This document shows, in pieces, positions 11,101 to 20,858 of a stretch of DNA of 64,000 nucleotides. Source of the stretch: an uncultured Spirochaetota bacterium (GTDB lineage Bacteria > Spirochaetota > Spirochaetia > SZUA-6 > CAVTHK01); contig CAVTHK010000003.1 of NCBI GenBank assembly GCA_963734495.1, positions 128,001-192,000 on the forward strand. Direction: 5' to 3'. The notes below the pieces were generated by a model that was not told the DNA's origin, did not search any database, and saw nothing but the letters and a program-made list of their open reading frames with translations. The translations under genes were made by a program, and so were the position numbers. Numbering within the stretch: position 1 is the first letter of the stretch; every line of letters starts with the position of its first letter.

Positions 11101-12928
11101 GCGACGTCCTCCCGCGCCCGGCAGCCGCGCCGACGTCGCCCGTCTCGCCGAGCGCGCAGCTGCCGATTGTAGATGTCGACATATACGCCGCAGGAGGCGA
11201 GCAGCCCGGCGTGGGTGCCGCGGCCGACGATGCGGCCGTGGTCGAGGACGAGGATCTGGTCCGCCCTGCGGATGGTCCCGATGCGGTGGGCGATGACAAA
11301 GGTCGTGCGCCCCTCCATGAGGCTCTGCAGGGCCTTCTGGATCAACTGCTCGGTCTCCGTGTCGACGCTCGCGGTCGCGTCGTCGAGGATCAGAATGCGC
11401 GGGTCCTGCAGCAGGGCGCGGGCGATCGCGATCGCGCTGCTTCTGCCCCCCGGACAGCGTGTCGCCTCGTTCGCCGACGACGGTGTCGTAGCCTTCGGGC
11501 ATGGCCGTCGATGAAGTCGTGAGCCTGCGCCGCCTTGGCGGCTTCCACGACCTCGGGCTCCGCGGCCTCCGGCCTGCCGAAGCGCAGGTTCTCGCGCACA
11601 GTCGTGGCGAACAGCGTGGTGTCCTGCAGCACGATTCCGACGTGCACGCGCAGCGAGGCGAGGGTCACGCGGCGGATGTCCGTGCCGTCGACCAGGACGC
11701 GGCCTTCCGTCGGATCGTAGAAGCGGGGCACCAGGTTGACGACGCTCGTCTTGCCGGAGCCTGTCGTGCCGACGAGGGCGATCACCTCGCCGGGCAGCGC
11801 CGTCGAAGCTGATCTCCTCGAGCACGCGCTCGCGGCCGAAGTAGGCCAGGCTCACCTGGTCGAAGATCACCTCGCCCGCGCGGCGCCGAGCGGGCGCCGC
11901 GTCCGGGGCGTCGCGGACCTCGGAGTCGGCGTCCAGGATCTCGAAGATCCGCTCGCCCGACGACGAAGCGATGCTCACGGCCGGGATCACGTTGCCGAGA
12001 CGCCTGATCGGCCGCACGAGCTGGTCACGTACGTGGAAAAGGCGACCAGCTCGCCGAGGGAGAGCCGCTCGCGGATCACGAGGAGCCCGCCGAACGCGAT
12101 GATGGTCACGGTGCTCAGGTTGGCCAGGAAGTCGAGCAGCGGCGTGTTCCACGCCTGCATCTCGCGCCGCCTGCACCGACTGCTCGAGCCAGCCTGCGTT
12201 CTCGCGTTCGAAGCGTCGGATTCCTCCGCTCCTCCTGCGCGAACGCCTTGACGACCCGCGCGCCGCGCAGGTTCTGCTCCACGCGGTTGGTGAGGCGGCC
12301 GAGGGAACGCTGGATCTCGAGCGACAGCGGCCGGTAGCGCGCCCCGAACCTCACGCGCCCGCCAGACAAGCAGAGGGGCGTCGGGACGAGCGCGAGGGCG
12401 GCCAGCAGCGGGTTCATGGCCACGAGAAAGACGGCGGTGCCCGTGAGCAGGAACAGGCCCTCGACGAGGCGCAGAAACGCGCGGCCCGTCAGGAAGCGCA
12501 CGCGATCGACATCCTGGATGGAGCGTGCCAGCAGGTCGCCGGTCTCGGCCTGGTCGTGGATAGGCAAAGGAGAGGCTCGCGAGCTTCGCGTGGATGGCGT
12601 TGCGCATGTCGTAGGCCACGCCCTGCGACGCGATCTCCGACCAGATGCCCTCGAGGTAGGTGAGCACGCCGCGCAGCGGCGGTCAGCGCGAGCAGCAGGA
12701 GGATCGCGCCCCCGAGGAGGCGCTGGTCCGCGCGGCGGATGCCCCGGTCGATGATCCAGCGGATGAACTGCGGCGTCGCGAGCGACAGGCCCGTCGCCAC
12801 AGGAGGGCCAGGTAGCCTGCGGCGGTCAGCCGCCAGTAGGGCCGGAGAAAGCCGAAGCAGCGCAGGAGCACGCCGCCCGGCGACGACGCGGAGGCTCGGC
12901 GCGGGCCGGCTTCGGTCGCGGCGCTCAC
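11097..12928 (-). CDS. ABC exporter, fused permease/ATP-binding subunit (first subunit of a heterodimer; frameshifted)
   Basis: [62 protein letters not shown] (degenerate Walker B) and IAHRIGT. Both ends overlap neighbouring genes. Confidence 0.9.
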
Positions 12929-13695
12929 ATGTGCCACCCCGACGGGAGGGCGCTCTCGATCGCCAGCAGCACCAGGATGATCAGCAGGCCGGGCAGGAAG
13001 TTGGCGGTCTTGAGCTTTGCCAGCCCGAGCAGGTTGATGCCGATCATCACGACCAGGCAGCCGCCCAGGCCGGTGAGCTCGGACAGCACGAGCGGCGAGG
13101 CGTAGGGCTCGAGAAAGCGCGCGAGCAGCGTGAGCGTGCCCTGGTACACGAGGACCGAACCCGCGGAAAAGACCACGCCGACGCCGAGGGCCGCGGCCAG
13201 GATCATCGCCACGAATCCGTCGAGGACGCTCTTGGTGAGGATCAGCTCGTAGTCGCCTTGCGCCCCCGCCTTGAACGAGCCGACGAGCGCCATCGCGCCG
13301 ACGCAGAAGATCACCGAGGCGTTGAGAAACCCGTAGGCGAACTCCTGCGAGGGAAGCTCCGGATCTCTGGATGAAGGCGCCCGCGGGGAGCCGGCCGGCG
13401 CGCGGGAGGCCACGGCCTCCGTCCGGGCGAAGCGCCGCTTCAGGAGCTCGCCGAGCCTGAGGATCGCGCCCTCGATGTCCAGCGCCTCCCCCGCGAATCC
13501 GCCGGCGATGAGCGCGAGCGCGAGGTAGACGATGCGGGTGCCCTCGAAGGCCATCTTCATGCCGAGCACGAGCGAGATGATGCCCGCGCCCGTGAACACG
13601 AGCGACTTCATCCCCTCGTTGATCCTGCGGTGGAAGAGGATGCCTATGAACGCGCCCGCGATCACAGCGAGGCAATTGACGAACGTGGCGATCAC
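12925..13695 (-). CDS. DUF554 family membrane protein
   Basis: IATFVNCLAVIAG, GEALDIE, GFLNASVIFCVGAMALVGSF, TKSVLDG, YQGTLT and ANFLPGL. GTG start preceded by AGAGGA. Confidence 0.9.
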   Translation of the reverse strand: MIATFVNCLAVIAGAFIGILFHRRINEGMKSLVFTGAGIISLVLGMKMAFEGTRIVYLALALIAGGFAGEALDIEGAILRLGELLKRRFARTEAVASRAPAGSPRAPSSRDPELPSQEFAYGFLNASVIFCVGAMALVGSFKAGAQGDYELILTKSVLDGFVAMILAAALGVGVVFSAGSVLVYQGTLTLLARFLEPYASPLVLSELTGLGGCLVVMIGINLLGLAKLKTANFLPGLLIILVLLAIESALPSGWHM

Positions 13696-13709
13696 GCGGC
13701 GTCCTCTTT

Positions 13710-14741
13710 CTACCCGGCCGTGAAGCGGAACCGGGTCACGTGGTGGTACGTCTCGCCGGGCCGCAGCACGCAGGAGGGGAAGCGGGGCTCGTTGATGGCG
13801 TTCGGGAACGCCTGCGTCTCGACGCAGAAGGCCGCGTGACGCCCGCATGCGACGCCGCCGCGCCCCTTGATGCTCCCGTCGAGGAAGTTGCCGGTGTAGA
13901 GCTGGACCCCGGGCTGCGTGGAGGTGACCTCCATGGCGCGGCCCGAGGATGGGTCGCTCACGCGGAGCACCGGCACGAGCTGGCCGATCGGCCGGTCCGC
14001 GGGCCTGTCGATGACGTAGCAGTGGTCGTAGCCGCCGCCGATCTTCTCCCCGATCGGCCTCGGCTTGCGGAAGTCCATCATGGGCTCGCGGGCCACGTCG
14101 CGGATCTCGCCCGTGGGGATCAGCTTCGCATCCACGGGCAGGTAGCTGCCCGAGTGCATGGAGAGCACGTGCCCGAGGATGTCGCCCCGGCCCGCGAGGT
14201 TGAAGTACGTGTGGTTGGTGAGGTTCACCGGCGTCGGCTTGTCGGCCTCCGCGAAGTACTCCCAGGTGAGCTCGCCGTCGCGCGAGAGGGCATAGATCGC
14301 GCGGGCCTGGAGCGTGCCCGGGTAGCCTTCGTCCCCGTCGCGGCTCGTGTAGCGGAGCTCCACCGAGTCGCCCTTCGCCTTCCCCTCCCAGAGCACCTTG
14401 TCGTACCCGATGTTGCCGCCGTGCAGGTGGCTCACGCCCCTCTCGTTGAGCGCGAGGCGGTACTCGCGCCCGTCGAGGGTGAAGCGGCCGTCGGCGATGC
14501 GGTTGGCGAACCGGCCGATGGTCGCGCCGAAATGCGGATGCGCGCCGAGGTACGGCTCCAGCGTGTCGAAGCCGAGGGTGATCTCGCCCGGCGTGCCGCG
14601 GCGGTCGGGGGTCTTGAGCGACACCAGGATCGCGCCCCAGGTCATGACCTGCGCCTGCACGCCGTTGCCGTTGTCGAGCGTGAACAGCGCCACTTCGCGG
14701 CCGTCCTTGGTCCGTCCGAACACGCTGCGCTTGATCGCCAT
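13710..14741 (-). CDS. galM: Aldose 1-epimerase (galactose mutarotase)
   Basis: GATIGRFANRI, LHGG, GYPG, NLTNHTYFNL, GYDHCY, QPGVQLYTGNFL and CVETQAFPNAIN in an intact ORF. Confidence 0.96.
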   Translation of the reverse strand: MAIKRSVFGRTKDGREVALFTLDNGNGVQAQVMTWGAILVSLKTPDRRGTPGEITLGFDTLEPYLGAHPHFGATIGRFANRIADGRFTLDGREYRLALNERGVSHLHGGNIGYDKVLWEGKAKGDSVELRYTSRDGDEGYPGTLQARAIYALSRDGELTWEYFAEADKPTPVNLTNHTYFNLAGRGDILGHVLSMHSGSYLPVDAKLIPTGEIRDVAREPMMDFRKPRPIGEKIGGGYDHCYVIDRPADRPIGQLVPVLRVSDPSSGRAMEVTSTQPGVQLYTGNFLDGSIKGRGGVACGRHAAFCVETQAFPNAINEPRFPSCVLRPGETYHHVTRFRFTAG

Positions 14742-14747
14742 ACGCTG

Positions 14748-14776
14748 ACGTTAGCGAAGCGCCTCCGGAGCGTCAA
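14748..14776 (-). promoter_or_regulatory. Promoter of galM, apparently leaderless
   Basis: TTGACG-N17-TAACGT, then only 6 nt (CAGCGT) to the ATG; no Shine-Dalgarno sequence. Confidence 0.6.
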
Positions 14777-14892
14777 CCCAAGCCCGCGATGCGGGCTGGG
14801 TTCCCCGTGCGCGTGGCGTGTCCAAATGCGCGCTCGCAGGGGTTGAAAACATGCGGCGATTCGCCCGATACTATAGCGACTTCGGCGGGAGT

Positions 14893-15837
14893 ATGGCTGG
14901 CATGGCTCATTCAGCGCGGCGCATGGCGGTGGCCGGGATGGTCCTTCTTGCTCTGGGGGGCTGCTCGATCCAGAAGCTTGCCATGAAGCGCGTGGCCGAC
15001 ATGCTGTCGTCCGAGGAATCCACGGTCTTCACCGGCGATGCGGACATCGACCTCGTCGGGGACGCGCTGCCGTTCGCGCTCAAGCTCTACGAATCGATCC
15101 TCGAGACCGTCAAGGACAGCCCGGAGCTCTATCTCGCCACCGGCAAGGCGTTTGCGCTCTACGCGCGCGCCTACGTGCAGATGCCCGCGGAGATGCTCCC
15201 GCAGGAGAGGTTCGAGGACAGGCAGCGAGGCGAGAAGCGGGCCAAGGCTCTCTACCTGCGGGCTCAAGCGTACATCGCGCGCGGGCTGGAGCTGCGGCGG
15301 CCCGGCCTGTCCAGGCGCATCATGGAAGGCGACGACTGGCAGGGCGCGATCGCCGAAGCGCGCCGGGAGGACGCACCCTGGCTGTACTGGGGCGCTCTCG
15401 CTTGGATGGGGGCGTTTTCGACGAACACGTTCGACTTCGAGGCGATGCTCACGCTGCCCCGGGTGGCGGCGATGATCGAGCGGGTGCTGGCCTTTGACGA
15501 CGGTTTCGACGCGGGCGGCGCGCATGAGATCCTCGTCACCTACTACGGCAGCCTGCCGCCCGACCTGGGCGGCAGCGACGAAAAAGCCCGCACCCACTAC
15601 GAAAAGGCCGTCGCTCTGTCGGGCGGCCTCAAGGCGGGCCCGTACGTCGCCCTGGCCCTCGCGGTGAGCGTCAAGACGCAGAACGCGGCCGAGTTCAAGG
15701 GCCTGCTCGGCAAGGCGCTCGCGATCGACATCGACCGCGCGCCCTCGTTGCGCCTCCTGAATGCCGTCAGCCAGAGGCAGGCCGCCTGGCTGCTCGATCA
15801 CATCGACGACTATTTCCTGGAGGGAGGCGGCGGATGA
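14893..15837 (+). CDS. tatT: TRAP transporter TatT component family lipoprotein
   Basis: Lipobox LLALGGC; DIDLVGDALPFALKLYESIL; YARAYVQMPA; RAKALYLRA; LYWGALAW; GGSDEKARTHYEKA; FKGLLGKALAID. Immediately upstream of a TRAP permease. Confidence 0.85.
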   Translation: MAGMAHSARRMAVAGMVLLALGGCSIQKLAMKRVADMLSSEESTVFTGDADIDLVGDALPFALKLYESILETVKDSPELYLATGKAFALYARAYVQMPAEMLPQERFEDRQRGEKRAKALYLRAQAYIARGLELRRPGLSRRIMEGDDWQGAIAEARREDAPWLYWGALAWMGAFSTNTFDFEAMLTLPRVAAMIERVLAFDDGFDAGGAHEILVTYYGSLPPDLGGSDEKARTHYEKAVALSGGLKAGPYVALALAVSVKTQNAAEFKGLLGKALAIDIDRAPSLRLLNAVSQRQAAWLLDHIDDYFLEGGGG

Positions 15838-17771
15838 GGCGCTCCCGGGCCCCGATGCCGGACGGGCTCGCCGTTCAGCCGGCACCGGCCGCTGAGGGCC
15901 CGTGGATCGGCGCGCGGCTGGAGAATGCCGCGGCTTCGCTGGCGCTGATGGCGCTGGCGCTCCTGCCGTCGCTGGAGGCGCTCTCGCGCTCGGTCCTGGG
16001 GCGCAGCCTCTACTCGGCCTCCGACTGGGTGCAGCACCTGGTGCTCTGGGTCGCGCTGCTCGGCGGGATGGTGACCACGCGGGAGCGGCGGCACCTGCGC
16101 CTGAGCGCCGGCCTGGATTCGCTCGCCGGCGGGGTCGGCGCCGCCGCGCGGGCGGTCTGCATGGCCCTGGCGGTGATCGTGGCCGCGGCGCTGGCGGTCT
16201 CGTCCCTCTCGTTCGTGATCATCGGCTTCGAGCCGGGAAAGAAGCTTGGGGGCATCCCCATTCGCGCGGTCGCCGCGATCCTGCCGTTCGGCTTCGCGGT
16301 GATTGCCGCGCGCTTCGCCCGCGCGATCGAGCCGCCCCGCGCGCGCCTGCCGCTCGGAGCGGCGGCCGTGCTGCTGGGCGTGGCGTTCGCGTGGCAGCCC
16401 CTGGTCAACGTGGCGAGGAGCGCGGCGCCGGCTGCCGCGTGGATCGACGGCGTCGAGGCGGCGTTCTCGGGCGCGATCGACCCGCCGCTCCGCGCGGCGG
16501 CGCTGCCCCTGATGCTCGCGATCGTCGCCGGCGCCTTCGCGGGGCTGCCGCTTTTTGCCGTCCTCGGCGGGCTCGCCTTCTTCCTGTTCTTCCGTTCCGG
16601 CGGCTCCGTCGAGGTGATCCCCAACGAGGCGTACACGCTGCTCACCGGTCCCATCCTGCCGGCCATCCCGCTGTTCACGCTCACCGGCTTCATACTCTCC
16701 GAGAGCCGTGCGGCCGACCGGCTGGTGGCGCTCTTCCACGCGTCCCTGGGGTGGCTGCGGGGCGGGCCGCTGATCATGAGCATCCTGGCCTGCGCCTTCT
16801 TCACGACGTTCACGGGCGGCTCGGGAGTGACGATCCTGGCCATGGGCGGACTCCTGCTGTCGGTGCTGCTCAAGAGCGGCTACCCCAAGAACTTCGCAAC
16901 GGGCCTCCTCACCGCTTCGGGAAGCATCGGGCTGCTCTTTCCTCCCTCGCTGGCGGTCATCATGTACGGAGTGACCGCGCTGGTGAGCATCAAGGACCTT
17001 TTTATCGGCGGGATCCTGCCGGGCGTGACGCTCGTCGTGTCGCTCACGGCCCTGAGCATCGTTATGTCGCTGCGCGTCAAGGAGGAGCGGCGCCGCTTCG
17101 AGCTGCGCAGCGCGCTGAGCGCCCTCGGGAGCGCCGCGTGGGAGATCCTTCTGCCCCTGATGATCCTGGCAGGCTACTTCTCGGGGTTCGCGACGCTGGT
17201 GGAGACCGCGGCGCTCTCGGTCGTCTACGCTCTCGTCGTGGAGGTGCTGGTCCGGCGCGACATCCGCCTCCGCGATCTGCCGGCTGTTTTCGGCAAGTGC
17301 CTCCCCGTCGTGGGCGGCGTCCTGATCATCCTCACCGTGGCCAAGGGTCTCTCGTTCTACGTCGTCGACGCCCAGATCCCCGTGCGCCTCACCGAGATGG
17401 TCCGGGCCGCGGTCCACTCCCGCGTCGTCTTCTTGCTCCTGCTCAACCTCGGCCTGCTGATCACCGGCTGCTTCATGGACATCTTTTCGGCGATCCTGGT
17501 CGTGGCGCCGCTGGTGATCCCGCTCGGCGCGGCCTACGGCGTGCACCCGGTGCACCTGGGGATGATCTTTCTCGCGAACCTGGAGCTCGGCTACCTGACG
17601 CCGCCGGTCGGCATCAACCTGTTCCTCGCCTCCTATCGCTTCGAGCAGCCGCTGGGCCAGGTCTACCGCGGGATCGTCCCGTTCCTGCTGGTGGGCCTGG
17701 CGGCCGTGCTCGTGATCACGTACGTCCCGTGGCTCAGCACCGGCCTGGTCCGCATCTTCGGCGGCGGGTAA
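15834..17771 (+). CDS. TRAP transporter fused small/large permease (DctQ-DctM)
   Basis: N-terminal DctQ-like helices (QHLVLWVALLGG), then LPAIPLFTLTG, FTTFTGGSG, GSIGLLFPPSL, GCFMDI and LGYLTPPVG. ATGA overlap with tatT. Confidence 0.93.
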   Translation: MRRSRAPMPDGLAVQPAPAAEGPWIGARLENAAASLALMALALLPSLEALSRSVLGRSLYSASDWVQHLVLWVALLGGMVTTRERRHLRLSAGLDSLAGGVGAAARAVCMALAVIVAAALAVSSLSFVIIGFEPGKKLGGIPIRAVAAILPFGFAVIAARFARAIEPPRARLPLGAAAVLLGVAFAWQPLVNVARSAAPAAAWIDGVEAAFSGAIDPPLRAAALPLMLAIVAGAFAGLPLFAVLGGLAFFLFFRSGGSVEVIPNEAYTLLTGPILPAIPLFTLTGFILSESRAADRLVALFHASLGWLRGGPLIMSILACAFFTTFTGGSGVTILAMGGLLLSVLLKSGYPKNFATGLLTASGSIGLLFPPSLAVIMYGVTALVSIKDLFIGGILPGVTLVVSLTALSIVMSLRVKEERRRFELRSALSALGSAAWEILLPLMILAGYFSGFATLVETAALSVVYALVVEVLVRRDIRLRDLPAVFGKCLPVVGGVLIILTVAKGLSFYVVDAQIPVRLTEMVRAAVHSRVVFLLLLNLGLLITGCFMDIFSAILVVAPLVIPLGAAYGVHPVHLGMIFLANLELGYLTPPVGINLFLASYRFEQPLGQVYRGIVPFLLVGLAAVLVITYVPWLSTGLVRIFGGG

Positions 17772-17781
17772 GCGGCCCTCG

Positions 17782-18667
17782 CTAAGCCGCCTTCATCGCG
17801 GCCCACTTCTTCCACTGGTACCACTGCTCGGGGTACCGCCTGACGTACTTCTCCCATATGCTCATCGCGTCGTGGGCGACGCTCTGCGGCTGTCTTCTGC
17901 AGCGACACGTCCTCGAAGATCATCCGGTAGCGCAGGAAGCCGGAGCGCGTCAGGAACGCCGCTATGACCGGCGCGCCCGAACGCCTGGCGAGGAAGTCGA
18001 GAGTGTTGTCGAAATACAGCTGCTTGCCGAACAGCGGTATGGTCCTGGACTTGCGGCAATGCCAGGCGTCGACCTCGTCGCACTCCGTCATGAGCACGCG
18101 GTTGTCCGACAGGGTGCTCATGGCGCGGAACAGGACGCTCTGCCCGTCCGCGTTGCTGAAGAGCCGCACGTCGGCGTGCGCGATCTTGTCGTCGAGGGCG
18201 CGCCGCAGCTTGTTCGTCGCGCAGTCAGCGATGACATCGATCGGCATGCCCTTGAGGCCGATCACCCACGGGATGAACTCGAGCCCGCCGAAATGCGCCG
18301 TGGCCACGATGACGCCCTTGCCCGCCTCGAGCGCGCCGGAGATCAGCTCGAGCCCTTCGACGCGGAAGCGCGTCTCGACGAAGCGTTTGACGTAGGGATA
18401 GCTGCGGAACGCGGCGAGCATCTTCTCGTAGTAGTGCAGGAAGATCCCGCCGAAGCTGTCTCGTACGATCCTGCGGATTCTGGCTTCGTCGGCTGCGCCG
18501 ATCAGGTCGCGGATGTTCGTCTCGATCAGGCGCTTCTCGCTTGGACGCAGCGCGTAGTAGAGCAGTCCGAGGGCCTGCATGTAGTAGTAACCGATGAGTG
18601 GGTGCAGCCGCCTGAAAATGAAGATGTTGACCGACGATTGGAAAAACTTTGAGAGATTGAGCTTCAC
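17782..18667 (-). CDS. Lysophospholipid / lipid A (LpxL/HtrB-family) acyltransferase (terminal frameshift)
   Basis: GLELISGALEAGKGVIVATAHFGGLEF (H-x4-E), IPLFGKQ and ARRSGAPVI. The true C-terminus EKYVRRYPEQWYQWKKWAAMKAA lies in a shifted frame and ends at 17782. AGGAGG RBS. Confidence 0.85.
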
Positions 18668-18711
18668 GGCGTCCCTCCTGAAGCTATGGTCCTACGACAT
18701 CATCGCACGAG

Positions 18712-18741
18712 ATTATGGAGATTTCAAGAGAAATGTTGCAA
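18712..18741 (-). promoter_or_regulatory. Promoter of the acyltransferase, within an AT-rich intergenic region
   Basis: TTGCAA-N18-CATAAT on the minus strand. Confidence 0.5.
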
Positions 18742-18902
18742 ATGAGTGTTTTGGTCCAATAAGGGTGTAACTAACTTCGTAGAGGTTTTTGGGTCGCTGG
18801 TGTTTGTGCCTGGAGGGGCTGAAACTTGGCGGAGATGGCCGGAATTGATCTACTTGCGATAGATGTAGGATGTCCTACGTACAATAATGCGAGAGGGCTG
18901 CA

Positions 18903-20831
18903 TCACGCCTCCGTGATCCAGCGCGCGCCGTCGACCCTCGGGCTCCAATCCGTGTCCACTATGCCGGCCGCGGCGGGCGTCGAGAACGGCGTCTGGTCGA
19001 GCCTGCGGGTCTCGAACACCTTGAGGAAGGCGCGGACGACCTCAGGGGAGAATTGAAGGCCGGCCTCCTTCTGGATGGCCACCATCGCCTGGACTTTCGT
19101 CAGCCCTTGGCGATAGGGGCGGTCCGAAGTCATGGCGTCGTACGTGTCCGCGACGGCGATGATGCGAGCGCCCAGCGGGATCTCCTCGCCTTTCAGCCCG
19201 TCGGGATAGCCTGTGCCGTCGTGGCGCTCGTGGTGGTGGCGGATCAGGTCGAGGTGGGCGCGCAGGAACGGGATGGGCTCGATGATCTCCACGCCCTTTT
19301 CCGTGTGCTGCTGGATGAGCCGCACCTCGTTCTTGGAGAGCGGCTTCGGACTGTTGATGATCGCCTCGGGGACCCCGATCTTGCCGATGTCGTGCAGGTA
19401 CCCGGCGGTCCGCAGGCGCTCCTGCTCTCCGGCGTCCAGTCCCATCTCCGCCCCGATCATGGCCGCGAGGGCCGCCACGCGGTAGGAGTGGTCCTTGGTA
19501 TAGGCATCCTTCTCTTCAAGGGCGCGGACCAGCGCGCGCAGCGAGCTCTCGTAACTGTCCTTGAGCTCCTCGTCGAGGCGTGCACGCCGCAGCGATACCG
19601 CGATCGTGTTGGCAAAGGTGTTCAGATAGTCCAGGTCCGTCGCGTTGATGTCTTCCTTGACGGTCGTGCGGTCGGCGCCAAGCACCCCGATGACCCCCGC
19701 GTCGGTGGTCGTGAGGGGGCAGAGGCAGAAGGAATGCGGGTGGAACCGGGCGAGTATGAAGTTGGCGGGGTTCAGCCCCGCGGCTTCGACGTCCGAGACC
19801 AGCATGGGCTCCCCGGTCTTTACCACCCTGACCATGAGGTTGTGCTCCCGGGACATGGGTACCCGGTACTGCTTCATGCTCTCCACGAGGCCGGGGTCGC
19901 CGCCGGTGGACGCCAGGTACACCAGCTCCTCGCCCTTCTGATCGATCATCATCAGGATCGCCCGGTCGAAGCGCAGCATCCGGACGAGGATCTTCATGGT
20001 CATGTCGAGAAACTCCCCGCTTTGCCGGCGCGAGGCGAGGATGCGGGAAGCCTCGTTGATGGCTTCGAGCTTGGTCACCTTGTCCTGCAGGTCCAGGTTC
20101 AGCCGGTTGACCTCTTCGTACTTGGACGCGAGCAGGGCCTTGTCCTGTTCGATCTCCTTGAGCGCCGCGATCAGGTGGCTCTTGCGCACGGACAGGGCCT
20201 CGATCATGGCGCGGACCATCCTCCGCCGCACTTCCCATGTGCCGTGGAACTCGCAATAGGCCGCCCCTTCGAACGCGCACGCGCTCTCGTGCACCACGGC
20301 GGGGTTGTGGCGCCAGATCGTGGGGATCGCCGTGTAGATGCCCTGGTTGAAGCGGCAGATGTCCCTCGAGAGGATGCCGTTGGGATTCCAGTGCAGGCGC
20401 ACGATCAGGCGCCCCCTGCCCATCTTGACGACCTCGACGTCCTTGGTGGTCGCGAACTTCGCATCGACCTGCTCGATCATGCGGATCGCGGCGCCGGGAG
20501 TGAGGAAGGTGCTGATGAAGAAGCGCTGGATGTACCCGAGGTGGCGCTCCGTGACCGACTCGAACCCGATCTTGAACGGCGCCTCGGGATCGTCGAGGAG
20601 CATGCGCGCATTCTCGAAGAGCTTGACCACGACGGCGCTGGGGACCCAGTTGTTCTCGTCCGTGAGGAAGGTCTCCGGCTGCGGGAGCCGGTCATAGGGC
20701 TCGGGGAGGTCGACGAACAGGCCGGCCGTGCGGGCTGCGGCGCGCCGGCGGACGTACTCCACGATCGCGCGGCAGTTGACGCAGCACACCTGAGCGGGCA
20801 CGCTCCCGGTGCGGTTCCTCAAAGAGGGCAT
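18903..20831 (-). CDS. HD-GYP cyclic di-nucleotide phosphodiesterase with N-terminal V4R/H-NOX-like and GAF domains
   Basis: Intact 642 aa ORF. HD-GYP motifs: KDAYTKDHSYRVA, LHDIGK, HHHERHDGTGYPDGLKGEEIPLGARIIAVADTYDAMTSDRPYR. Central GAF (FDRAILMMID...SFCLCPL...IGVL). N-terminal ICRFNQG...ESACAFEGAAYCEF. Confidence 0.9.
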   Translation of the reverse strand: MPSLRNRTGSVPAQVCCVNCRAIVEYVRRRAAARTAGLFVDLPEPYDRLPQPETFLTDENNWVPSAVVVKLFENARMLLDDPEAPFKIGFESVTERHLGYIQRFFISTFLTPGAAIRMIEQVDAKFATTKDVEVVKMGRGRLIVRLHWNPNGILSRDICRFNQGIYTAIPTIWRHNPAVVHESACAFEGAAYCEFHGTWEVRRRMVRAMIEALSVRKSHLIAALKEIEQDKALLASKYEEVNRLNLDLQDKVTKLEAINEASRILASRRQSGEFLDMTMKILVRMLRFDRAILMMIDQKGEELVYLASTGGDPGLVESMKQYRVPMSREHNLMVRVVKTGEPMLVSDVEAAGLNPANFILARFHPHSFCLCPLTTTDAGVIGVLGADRTTVKEDINATDLDYLNTFANTIAVSLRRARLDEELKDSYESSLRALVRALEEKDAYTKDHSYRVAALAAMIGAEMGLDAGEQERLRTAGYLHDIGKIGVPEAIINSPKPLSKNEVRLIQQHTEKGVEIIEPIPFLRAHLDLIRHHHERHDGTGYPDGLKGEEIPLGARIIAVADTYDAMTSDRPYRQGLTKVQAMVAIQKEAGLQFSPEVVRAFLKVFETRRLDQTPFSTPAAAGIVDTDWSPRVDGARWITEA

Positions 20832-20858
20832 TTCTCTCTCACTATCGGCGCGGCGGGG

